A DNA stretch of 45,184 nt. It comes from Alistipes onderdonkii. GTDB taxonomy: Bacteria > Verrucomicrobiota > Kiritimatiellia > RFP12 > UBA1067. Below, piece after piece: positions 35,366 through 42,724 of the stretch. Both the position numbers and the translations under genes were made by a program. Below the pieces are notes generated by a model. The model made no database searches and was not told the DNA's origin. It saw nothing but the letters and a program-made list of their open reading frames with translations. Location: NCBI GenBank assembly GCA_963630185.1, contig CAVGMG010000001.1, forward strand, positions 1-45,184. The letters are read 5' to 3'. How positions within the stretch are numbered: the first letter of the stretch is position 1; the number at the start of each line of letters is the position of its first letter.

Positions 35366-36481
35366 ATGAGCCTATACAAGAAGCCTGGCAGCGGGTATTG
35401 GTACATGAACATCTATCGCGGTCCTGGCATGAGACGCATCCAGAAGTCCACCGGCACGAAGGACGAGTCAGAGGCGCGGATCATCGAACAGGGCTTCATG
35501 CGCGTCAACCGTGGCGAGACGACACGCGAAAAGATGGTCGCTCTCCTGGACAGCGTTCTGGGTCCCGAAGAGGCCGGAATGCCGCTCGGAGAAATCGGCC
35601 CCTTCTACCGCGCCGCCGTCGAGAGCGAAAGACGCAGGCTTGGCGAAAAGACGATGCAGACGCGCGTAAACCTCGCCGGACGCTTCGCCGTGTGGGCAAA
35701 GGAGAACACGCGGGCACGAAACGCGGACGACGTCACGGTGGCCGTCGCCTGGCAGTTCAACGAGCACATCGGCAAGACCACGGACGTCACGAACAAGACG
35801 CGAAACGCCTACATGAGCGAACTCGGCACGATCTGGGCGATGCTCATGAAGCGCGGCAAGGCCAAGTCGAACCCCTGGAGCGTTCCGAGGGTGCAGCGCG
35901 ACCGCGACCAGGAACAGACCGGCCGCGCCTGGACCGCCGAGGAGGAGCGGCGAATCTTCGACGCCGCCCTCGAAGTCGGGCACGAATGGTTCGAGGCGTG
36001 CCTGATCGCTCGGTATACCGGCTTGCGCCTCACCGACGTCAAGTCGCTCAAATGGAGCGAGGTCGACTTCGAGCGCGGCATGATCGCGCTCGAACCGAAG
36101 AAGACCAGGCGGCACGGAATCCTCGTCAAAATCCCCCTGCATCCGAAGCTCAAGGCGGTGCTTGCAGACCGAAAGGCCCGTGCGGCGGCCGGCGAGGCCT
36201 TCGTCCTCCCGGAACGGGCGCGGCATGACGGCAAGAAATACTTCAAGGGCGACATGCCGTTCTCGAAGATCCTCGAAAGAGCCAAGGTCGCCGAACCTGA
36301 CGGCTCGGAGCACGTTCTCTCGTTCCACTGCTGGCGGCATACGTTCGACACAAGGCTGAGCGAGGCCGGCGTCGACCAGGAGACGCGCATGGCCATGACC
36401 GGCCACACCGTCAAGGCGACCGAGTCCATCTACAACCACGACTGGAGCCGCTTCGAGAAGGCCATTGCCGCGATGGCGTAA
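35366..36481 (+). CDS. int: Tyrosine recombinase / phage integrase
   Basis: 371 aa. ARYTGLRLTDV (Arg), HCWRHTF (His-x-x-Arg), MTGH and ESIYNH (Tyr) catalytic signature. Confidence 0.85.
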   Translation: MSLYKKPGSGYWYMNIYRGPGMRRIQKSTGTKDESEARIIEQGFMRVNRGETTREKMVALLDSVLGPEEAGMPLGEIGPFYRAAVESERRRLGEKTMQTRVNLAGRFAVWAKENTRARNADDVTVAVAWQFNEHIGKTTDVTNKTRNAYMSELGTIWAMLMKRGKAKSNPWSVPRVQRDRDQEQTGRAWTAEEERRIFDAALEVGHEWFEACLIARYTGLRLTDVKSLKWSEVDFERGMIALEPKKTRRHGILVKIPLHPKLKAVLADRKARAAAGEAFVLPERARHDGKKYFKGDMPFSKILERAKVAEPDGSEHVLSFHCWRHTFDTRLSEAGVDQETRMAMTGHTVKATESIYNHDWSRFEKAIAAMA

Positions 36482-36492
36482 GACAAGACGGA

Positions 36493-36757
36493 GACGCTCG
36501 CGCATGGCTGCGCGAGCACAGGACACCGTGGAAACGAGGTTGCGAGAACAAGGCGGCGAACGAGGCGGCGACGGCGCAGGACTAAGACGCTCGCGCATGG
36601 CTGCGCGAGCACAGAACACCGTGAAAACGAGGTTGCGAGAACAAGGCGGCGACGGCGCAGGACGGAGACGCTCGCGTATGACTGCGCGAGCACAGGACAC
36701 CGTGAAAACGAGGTTGTGAAAACGAGGCGGCGAAAGAGATGGCGACGGCGCAAGACG
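36493..36757 (+). repeat. Three tandem copies (93, 81 and about 90 bp) of a unit starting with a 9-bp-stem hairpin gctcgcgca-tggc-tgcgcgagc
   Basis: Units start at 36493, 36586 and 36667. Unit 1 carries a 12-nt internal duplication (aacgaggcggcg). Copy 3 has t/g changes that keep the stem paired. Confidence 0.8.
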
Positions 36758-36822
36758 CGAGCATAGAGAACTTGGACAAAACAGAGCCAGTCGTGAGAAC
36801 GAGTCAAAAAAAGGAGGCGAAA

Positions 36823-37182
36823 ATGAAAGGCGAGATAGACGTTCAGTATGAGGACGGATCGTGGCATCTTTGGAGCTACGACAAGCCGCCGACCAAAGAG
36901 GAGGAGGAAGCGAGAAAGAAAAGGGAAGAGCGCTGGCTTCGCATCGAGTCGATAATCGGAATGCCGATCTTGCCAAGAACTCGCGAATCCATCGAGCAGA
37001 AAATGAAAATGATCTCGCTCACGGACGAGGAGAAGCGGGAGATCTTCCGGCGATGGAACATTGTCGAGTCAGACGAGGAGCGAAACAGGCGAAAACGCAG
37101 CGCGCAAATAAAACGCGACCTGCTGTCGGTCGTGTTGATACTTGCGATCATCGGCTTTATCATTGCAATCATCGCAAAGTAG
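36823..37182 (+). CDS. GC-poor moron: charged coiled-coil protein with a C-terminal membrane anchor (119 aa)
   Basis: ATG 36823 after aaggagg. KEEEEARKKREERW... followed by LLSVVLILAIIGFIIAIIAK. Codon usage is unlike the rest of the genome. Confidence 0.6.
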   Translation: MKGEIDVQYEDGSWHLWSYDKPPTKEEEEARKKREERWLRIESIIGMPILPRTRESIEQKMKMISLTDEEKREIFRRWNIVESDEERNRRKRSAQIKRDLLSVVLILAIIGFIIAIIAK

Positions 37183-37238
37183 ACGCATCGGATTATCGGC
37201 ACGTGTAAGATTTGTATAAAAAAAGTATAACCAACCGC

Positions 37239-37268
37239 TTGACAGGTGTGCTCACCTTTTGATACAAT
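37239..37268 (+). promoter_or_regulatory. Strong sigma70-like promoter TTGACA-18 nt-TACAAT with an operator motif in its spacer
   Basis: -35 at 37239-37244 and -10 at 37263-37268. ggtgtgctcacc at 37245-37256. Confidence 0.6.
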
Positions 37269-37300
37269 CTACGCCAGATTGGTCAAGAAAGGGAAAACAC

Positions 37301-37540
37301 ATGGCAAACGAAGGTGCAGTCGACAAGCGGCAATTCTCGATGAGGTTGCCGATCGAGACAATCAAGAAGGCCGAACACAAATACGGCCAAGACGAGGACA
37401 TCAGCTTTCGCGAGGCTATCGTGAGAGCCATCGAAGATGCCACTCGCGACGTCGCGCTCACTCCTGAAGAGTATCGCGAAATCGCGGAAGAAACCGAAAA
37501 CAACATCAAGGAGCGTCTGCTCAAGAGAGGTGACAAGTGA
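37301..37540 (+). CDS. Ribbon-helix-helix (Arc/CopG-like) DNA-binding protein
   Basis: 79 aa. KRQFSMRLPIETIKKAEHKY...FREAIVRAIEDA fits the strand-helix-helix pattern. ATG 37301 lies downstream of the promoter. Confidence 0.65.
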   Translation: MANEGAVDKRQFSMRLPIETIKKAEHKYGQDEDISFREAIVRAIEDATRDVALTPEEYREIAEETENNIKERLLKRGDK

Positions 37541-37689
37541 AAGACTTCAGCATTTCCATCCCGGCAACTCTGGCCGTCAAAATCCACCACGTCATGAACG
37601 AGCGTCACTGCTCTTTCGACGAAGCCGTTTTTTATTTGATCGAGAAGGTGTGCTCACCCGGACGCGCCTTTTTGTCGTCCAAAAGGTGA
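37537..37689 (+). CDS. Second small RHH-like protein (50 aa)
   Basis: GTG 37537 overlaps the upstream stop (GTGA). VKDFSISIPATLAVKIHHVMNERHCSFDEAVFYLIEK. Below the track length cutoff. Confidence 0.4.
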   Translation: MKDFSISIPATLAVKIHHVMNERHCSFDEAVFYLIEKVCSPGRAFLSSKR

Positions 37690-37696
37690 GCACACC
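37647..37696. promoter_or_regulatory. Inverted pair of the 12-nt operator motif (ggtgtgctcacc at 37647-37658; ggtgagcacacc at 37685-37696)
   Basis: Same 12-mer as in the promoter spacer at 37245-37256. The pair can also form a 12-bp hairpin just before ATG 37698. Confidence 0.5.
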
Positions 37697-37697
37697 C

Positions 37698-37997
37698 ATG
37701 AAGACGATTGAAAAGCTTGGCGTCAGCCCCGCGCCATGGGAGTGCATCCACAACCGTGACGGCGGCATGGATATCATCGACGGAAACAGCAACGTCGTCG
37801 CGGAGATACTGTCGGACGACGCGCACGACAGGAGCGACGGAGACATGGTCGCCGCCGCGCCAGACCTCTACGCCGCGCTGCTCCGAATCGTGAGCGACAA
37901 CAAGTGCCGCTTGAAATGCGGGGAGTGCGCCGTCACCGACCCGTGCGACTACCACCCCGCCGTCAAGGCCCTCGTAAAGGCGGGAGGCGCGAAATGA
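37698..37997 (+). CDS. Hypothetical protein (99 aa)
   Basis: ATG 37698. PAPWECIHN...MVAAAPDLYAALLRI. Confidence 0.55.
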   Translation: MKTIEKLGVSPAPWECIHNRDGGMDIIDGNSNVVAEILSDDAHDRSDGDMVAAAPDLYAALLRIVSDNKCRLKCGECAVTDPCDYHPAVKALVKAGGAK

Positions 37998-38197
37998 TAA
38001 ACAAGGCGAGCTGGCTGGCCTCAATCAAGTGCACCGAAGACGAGACCGCCATTTGGAAGATGCTCTCGGAGCTCCACGGAATCGCGATGTGGTCGCTCGA
38101 CTTCTACGGCTGGCCCGAATACGACGACGTCCTTGACTGCATCGTCGCATGCGGCAGGAAAATCAAGGAGCTTGAAGCGAAGGGTGGCGCGGCATGA
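37994..38197 (+). CDS. Hypothetical protein (67 aa)
   Basis: ATG 37994 overlaps the upstream stop (ATGA). Confidence 0.5.
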   Translation: MINKASWLASIKCTEDETAIWKMLSELHGIAMWSLDFYGWPEYDDVLDCIVACGRKIKELEAKGGAA

Positions 38198-38412
38198 CGG
38201 GCGCGAAACCCTGGCGGAAGATTTCCGGGCGGCGTCCGAAGCCCTGCCCCTTCTGCGGCGGCGCGGCGGCGGTCGAGAGAAGCTCGTATAGCGGGCTTTG
38301 CTACGTCCGCTGCCGGAACTGCCGCGCTCATTCGCCGTTCCGCGTCTGGGCGGACGAGGCCGTCGCGGCCTGGAACTGGCGATTCGGCGAGGGGCGGCGC
38401 GGAGACGCTTAA
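38194..38412 (+). CDS. Lar-like zinc-ribbon protein (restriction alleviation family)
   Basis: 72 aa. CPFCGG...18 aa...CRNCRAH...EAVAAWNWR matches the Lar-family signature. Confidence 0.6.
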   Translation: MTGAKPWRKISGRRPKPCPFCGGAAAVERSSYSGLCYVRCRNCRAHSPFRVWADEAVAAWNWRFGEGRRGDA

Positions 38413-38458
38413 TGAAACACGAATACGAACTCGAAACGAAAGGAAAAGAGGCGACAAA

Positions 38459-38944
38459 ATGAAGAACGTCGAGAAATACCCAGACGCGCAGAAAGCGCTC
38501 AAAGCGTTCATCGAAAAATACGGCTATGACTGCGCGAGAGCAAAGAGGTTCGACGAGTTCTTGTCGTGGCTTCAGCACGATGCAGACTCGTTCCTCGAAA
38601 AAGTCGAGAGTGTCCTGAAGCGTCTCGAAGACGGAAGAAGGGAAGCGCGCGACAGGAACGAAGGCCTTGACGAAGACCTGGTCATCGACTGCTTGACGGA
38701 CTTCGACAGGATTATCGAGGAAGAGAGAAAACGCCCCAGGCGGAACTGCGACGTGATGGACGCGAAAGAGCTTTACATCAATTACAAGGCATTTTGCGAC
38801 AAGCAGCCAGGCTGCAAAGTCTGCCCGCTCGGCGACTGCTCCGATAACACCCGCATCTGCATGATGTCCTTCGCCCTCTCGCCCTGCGAAGAGCGCAAGG
38901 GCGAGCCGGGCGACGATTCGGCGAAGAAAGGAGGCGGAAAATGA
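38459..38944 (+). CDS. Hypothetical protein (161 aa) with a Cys-rich C-terminus
   Basis: ATG 38459. CDKQPGCKVCPLGDCSDNTRIC. Confidence 0.55.
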   Translation: MKNVEKYPDAQKALKAFIEKYGYDCARAKRFDEFLSWLQHDADSFLEKVESVLKRLEDGRREARDRNEGLDEDLVIDCLTDFDRIIEEERKRPRRNCDVMDAKELYINYKAFCDKQPGCKVCPLGDCSDNTRICMMSFALSPCEERKGEPGDDSAKKGGGK

Positions 38945-39267
38945 GCAGGACAAGAAGACCGCACAGCCCGAAAGGGCTGCGCCTCGCGGGCGCGGCGCGA
39001 GCCGGCAGGCTTTCGGACGAGACCGTCGCCGAAATGGTCAAGAGCCTGGAGGGCCTCAACGCGGCGGCCCAGGGCGCCCTTTACGCCTACCGCCTCGCGC
39101 TCGAATACGCGGACGTCGACGCGCAGATCGCGAAGCTCCACCTCTTCGACCGCGCGGCGCGGCGGTTCGTCCTCGCGACGCGCGTCTTCGACCGCGCCTA
39201 CGCCAGCCAGCCGGACGACTTCGCGCGGATCATCGCGGCACGTGCGGACGAGAGGCCTTCAAAATAG
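38941..39267 (+). CDS. Hypothetical protein (108 aa)
   Basis: ATGA overlap with the upstream gene. Confidence 0.5.
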   Translation: MSRTRRPHSPKGLRLAGAARAGRLSDETVAEMVKSLEGLNAAAQGALYAYRLALEYADVDAQIAKLHLFDRAARRFVLATRVFDRAYASQPDDFARIIAARADERPSK

Positions 39268-39293
39268 CACAACCCAAGAGGAGACCACAGAAC

Positions 39294-39641
39294 ATGGACA
39301 CCACAACCGAACAGAGCCTCAAGAAACTCAACGTCGAGCGCACCTGGGCCACGGAGCTCATCGCGGCCGTCGGGCAGTTCCTCGACAAGGCCCAGAACGC
39401 GAGATGCTCGAAACTCAAGGCGAGCTGCGACGAGCTGATCACGTGCGGCCTGGCGATGATCACGCACCACACGCGGCAGATCGCCGAGCTTCGCGCCGCC
39501 GACGCCGAGGTCGCGCCGCAGGAGCGCAAGCCGACGGTCGACCTCGCCCGCCTGCCGTCGCAGATGCACGCGCGGCAAAGCCCGGCGCCGAGCGTCGTCG
39601 CCGGATGGAACGCGGCGCAGGACGCCAGGAGGAGGGCCTGA
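39294..39641 (+). CDS. Hypothetical protein (115 aa)
   Basis: ATG 39294 after agaggagacc. Confidence 0.5.
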   Translation: MDTTTEQSLKKLNVERTWATELIAAVGQFLDKAQNARCSKLKASCDELITCGLAMITHHTRQIAELRAADAEVAPQERKPTVDLARLPSQMHARQSPAPSVVAGWNAAQDARRRA

Positions 39642-39643
39642 CG

Positions 39644-39907
39644 ATGGACGCGAACGACATCAGGGCGAAGGTCTTCGCGCTTGTGCGCGGCTACAGCCAG
39701 AGGCCCGAGAGCGCAGTCGGCGACGCGACGCTTCTCGAATGCGACCTCGGCCTCGACTATCTCGACAGAGTCGGGCTCGTCATGGACGTCGAGGAGGAAC
39801 TCGGCGTCACGATCGAGGACGAAGCGGTCGAGGCCGTCAAGTGCGTCGGCGACCTCGTCCGCGAAGCGCAGAGCCGCTATGCGGACGTCCATGGAAAGGA
39901 GGCGTGA
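39644..39907 (+). CDS. Acyl-carrier-protein-like protein with Tyr in place of the phosphopantetheine-attachment Ser
   Basis: 87 aa. IRAKVFALV...ECDLGLDYLDRVGLVMDVEEELGVTIEDEAVEAVKCVGDLV aligns by eye with the E. coli ACP sequence ...[36 protein letters not shown]. Confidence 0.7.
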   Translation: MDANDIRAKVFALVRGYSQRPESAVGDATLLECDLGLDYLDRVGLVMDVEEELGVTIEDEAVEAVKCVGDLVREAQSRYADVHGKEA

Positions 39908-39908
39908 G

Positions 39909-40436
39909 ATGGTCGACTCCGTCACATTGACGCGGCAGGGCTACGTCAAGCACCTCGCCGTCCTGCAAAGCCTCCTGAAGCTCGTCGGCGAACTCCACGG
40001 CAACGTCAGCCGCTCCTTCGCGGCGGCGACGTGCGAGCTTGAACGCAACGACAAGATCGTCAAGGCGTTCGTCAAGCTCCAGGAGCTGATCTGGGAGACG
40101 GGCGCGGTCTCCGAGAAGATCCACCGCGAGAAGGGGCGCGACGACCCGTCCTTCGACGCGCATGACCGCGACTACATGAACGGCAAGACCGAGGAGATGC
40201 GCCGCCGCTTCCACGCCGCCGCGAAGAGCCTGGAGCACCTTGCGCGGCGCCTTTGGGACGCGGACGCCCCGGCGGACGCGACGCCGGACGCGGTCTATCC
40301 GGGGGCGGTCGAGGAGCCGGACTCGACGGAGAACCCGAACCAGCTTAAATTCGACTTCAGGCCGCCGCCCGTGGTCGACTTCAAGAAGAGGGCGGCGAAC
40401 GACGACACGACACAGGAGGAGAACGACGATGAATAA
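39909..40436 (+). CDS. Hypothetical protein (175 aa), acidic C-terminus
   Basis: ATG 39909 right after the ACP-like stop. Confidence 0.5.
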   Translation: MVDSVTLTRQGYVKHLAVLQSLLKLVGELHGNVSRSFAAATCELERNDKIVKAFVKLQELIWETGAVSEKIHREKGRDDPSFDAHDRDYMNGKTEEMRRRFHAAAKSLEHLARRLWDADAPADATPDAVYPGAVEEPDSTENPNQLKFDFRPPPVVDFKKRAANDDTTQEENDDE

Positions 40437-41952
40437 GAAGGACAGCTTCAAGCGCAGGCCGATCGAGGTGGCGGCCCACCAGCTCCGCAGCGCACCGTGG
40501 AACCCCCGCGCCGACATCACCGACGAGAGCGTCGCGGACCTCGCGGCGTCCATCGCGAGCCTCGGGCTCGTCCAGCGCATCGTCGTGATCGCCGACCCCG
40601 AGAAGGAGCCGGTCGACGGCACGGCCTTCTACATGATCGTCGCCGGGCACCGCCGCTTCCGGGCGTGGTGCGTCGCAGGCCTCGGCGGGAAGATCCCGTG
40701 CGAGCTCCTGGAGTGCGACGTCAGCGAGGCCAAGCGCATGACGCTCGTCGAGAACCTCCAGCGCAGGGACGTCGACCCCCTCATGGAGGCCGACCTCATC
40801 GCCGGGCTCGTCGCGTCCGGCATGACGGAGGACGAAATCGCCGCCGAGACGGGGCGCGGCAGCAGGTGGGTGTGGCGGCGCAAGCAGCTCGTCAACCTCG
40901 CCGACGTCTGGCGCACGTGCGCCGCGAAGACGCCGATGAGGGTCGACTGCCTCGAACGGGTCTCGCGCTATGCGAAGGACGTCCAGGAACGCGCCTACGA
41001 GGACTTCGCGTCGAGACGCCCGAGGAACGACGGCCTGCCCGTCGACTGGAAGGACGTCTCCTGGCACTTCAAGGCGATCTCGCGCGCGATCCGCGACGCC
41101 GCCTTCAGGACGAACGAGTGCCTCGGCTGCCGCTACAACACGGCGACGCAGCCGCTCCTCTTCGATCTCGGACAAGGGAAAAACCCGAAGCGGCTCGGCG
41201 AGTGCACGAACAGGGACTGCTTCGTCCGGAAGACGAACGAGAAGGTCGACGCCGCCGTCGCGAGGCTCGCGAAGAAGGGCGAGAGGGTTCTCGAAGCCAA
41301 GGACAGGTATTCGGTCTTCGGCTATGCGACAGACCGCCGCACGAAGGAGAACACGGTGCCGTATCTCGTCGCCGGGAGCGACGGGGCGAAGGAGCTTTGC
41401 TGGGGGAGGCCGCGCCCGAAGCCGTCGGAGCCGTCCGAGGAGCGCAAGGCCGAGATCGCGGCGGCGAAGGCCTGCAAGAGCGCGAAGAGGAAGGTCAGGG
41501 ACTGGATCGCCACGGAGCTTGAGGGCGTCCTCCTCAGACTTGTCGGATACACGCAGGGCGTCGAGGCCGTCAGCCGGATCGTCGAGGCCGCCTCCGCCGT
41601 CGGCGTGGATGGCGCCTACGGCTTCGAGGACGCCAAGATGCTCGCGGCCGTCGTGACGCGCCGCCGGTGCGAGGCGACGCCGGAGGGCGACAGGCGCGAC
41701 CCTGACCTCTTCAGCTGCCGCGTCCCGGTCGAGCGGCTTGTGCGCGGCATCGTCCGGAACGCGGCGTGCGGCGACATCCACGTGATTTCGACGTTCGCCG
41801 CGTTTCGCGAGCTGATCGCGCCGCGCCTCGGCGCGGACGAGCTCGTCGAACTCGACAAGATGGTCGCCGAGGGGTTCGGATGCCCCTACACGCCGGAACG
41901 CGCCGCCGAGGCGCTTCGCCCGGACGACGGCGACGAGGAGGAGAGGTCGTGA
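40429..41952 (+). CDS. ParB N-terminal-domain protein (507 aa)
   Basis: APWNPR...LGLVQRIVV...YMIVAGHRRFRAW...TLVENLQRRDVDPLMEA is a ParB/Srx signature. The C-terminal 350 aa are unassigned. Confidence 0.7.
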   Translation: MNKKDSFKRRPIEVAAHQLRSAPWNPRADITDESVADLAASIASLGLVQRIVVIADPEKEPVDGTAFYMIVAGHRRFRAWCVAGLGGKIPCELLECDVSEAKRMTLVENLQRRDVDPLMEADLIAGLVASGMTEDEIAAETGRGSRWVWRRKQLVNLADVWRTCAAKTPMRVDCLERVSRYAKDVQERAYEDFASRRPRNDGLPVDWKDVSWHFKAISRAIRDAAFRTNECLGCRYNTATQPLLFDLGQGKNPKRLGECTNRDCFVRKTNEKVDAAVARLAKKGERVLEAKDRYSVFGYATDRRTKENTVPYLVAGSDGAKELCWGRPRPKPSEPSEERKAEIAAAKACKSAKRKVRDWIATELEGVLLRLVGYTQGVEAVSRIVEAASAVGVDGAYGFEDAKMLAAVVTRRRCEATPEGDRRDPDLFSCRVPVERLVRGIVRNAACGDIHVISTFAAFRELIAPRLGADELVELDKMVAEGFGCPYTPERAAEALRPDDGDEEERS

Positions 41953-42137
41953 AGAGCCTTTGCAAGACGTGCCCGACAGCCGAGGACTGCAAGACGGCGT
42001 TCGGGAAGTTCTGGGGCGAGAGGTCGCGCGGCGGCGTCGGCTGCGACCGCCCCTTCAGATACGACCGCTCGGCCGTGCGCGACGCGGACGACGCGGCAGA
42101 CGAGCGGTCGCACGCAAAACAGGAGAGCTTTCTATGA
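41949..42137 (+). CDS. Small Cys-containing hypothetical protein (62 aa)
   Basis: GTG 41949 overlaps the ParB stop (GTGA). CKTCPTAEDC...GC. Confidence 0.4.
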   Translation: MKSLCKTCPTAEDCKTAFGKFWGERSRGGVGCDRPFRYDRSAVRDADDAADERSHAKQESFL

Positions 42138-42460
42138 GAAAAGGTCAAGACCGCGCGTTGCCGCTTGCCGTCAGCAAGAAGCACACGTTCGTCGGCTTCT
42201 ACCACGCCGTCAAGGTGGAGCTTAAGAACCCCGCCACGGGGAAGTCGCCGACGCCGCAGAGTGTCTACAAGGTTCTGCGCGACGAGCGGCCGAGCGCCAG
42301 GATGCTCAAGACCATCTTCGAGCGGTGCCCCGACCTGCTCGCGCACCCCGCCACGAGCGAGGCGATCCAGAAGATCTACCTCGACTTCCTGACGAACGGC
42401 CATAAGCTCCCGGCGAGATACGGCAAGGGCGGGACGATCCTGGCGAAGGAGTGCGTGTAA
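42134..42460 (+). CDS. Hypothetical protein (108 aa)
   Basis: ATG 42134, ATGA-type coupling. Confidence 0.5.
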   Translation: MRKGQDRALPLAVSKKHTFVGFYHAVKVELKNPATGKSPTPQSVYKVLRDERPSARMLKTIFERCPDLLAHPATSEAIQKIYLDFLTNGHKLPARYGKGGTILAKECV

Positions 42461-42475
42461 GCGGAAAGAGGCGAG

Positions 42476-42724
42476 ATGGACAAGGTCTATCCCATGCGGT
42501 ATGACGACGCGCAGTATGACGCCCTGGAGAAGGCCGCCAGGCGATTCAACGTCGTCGGGCGGCAGAAGGCCCAGCGGCAGATCAACCAGCTCTACATGGC
42601 CTTCTTCGGCCTCATCCACGACCCGATCGCGGCGGCGAGCATGTCGGCCCTCATCGACCGGCGGCGCGGCATGATGGGGCGCAGGCGGCGCGTGATGCCG
42701 CCGTCGGAAGGGGCGGGCGCATGA
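42476..42724 (+). CDS. Hypothetical protein (82 aa)
   Basis: ATG 42476 after gaaagaggcgag. Confidence 0.45.
   Translation: MDKVYPMRYDDAQYDALEKAARRFNVVGRQKAQRQINQLYMAFFGLIHDPIAAASMSALIDRRRGMMGRRRRVMPPSEGAGA

Noticed and set aside
36465-36719. 84-aa ORF across the hairpin repeats, and the idea that the repeats are a mini CRISPR array
   Set aside because: The ORF is Arg-rich with a repeat-driven sequence. The whole 81-93-bp unit is repeated with no unique spacers, so it is a tandem repeat and not a CRISPR array.
36876-37202. 108-aa minus-strand ORF antisense to the moron
   Set aside because: The + strand ORF has a consensus AAGGAGG RBS and a coherent coiled-coil plus TM architecture. The antisense peptide is Ser/Ile/Phe-rich with no start context.
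38412-38462. 16-codon micro-ORF (MKHEYELETKGKEATK) bridging the Lar-like gene and the next gene with TAATG and ATGA overlaps
   Set aside because: Too short to support. It may merely reflect translational coupling geometry.
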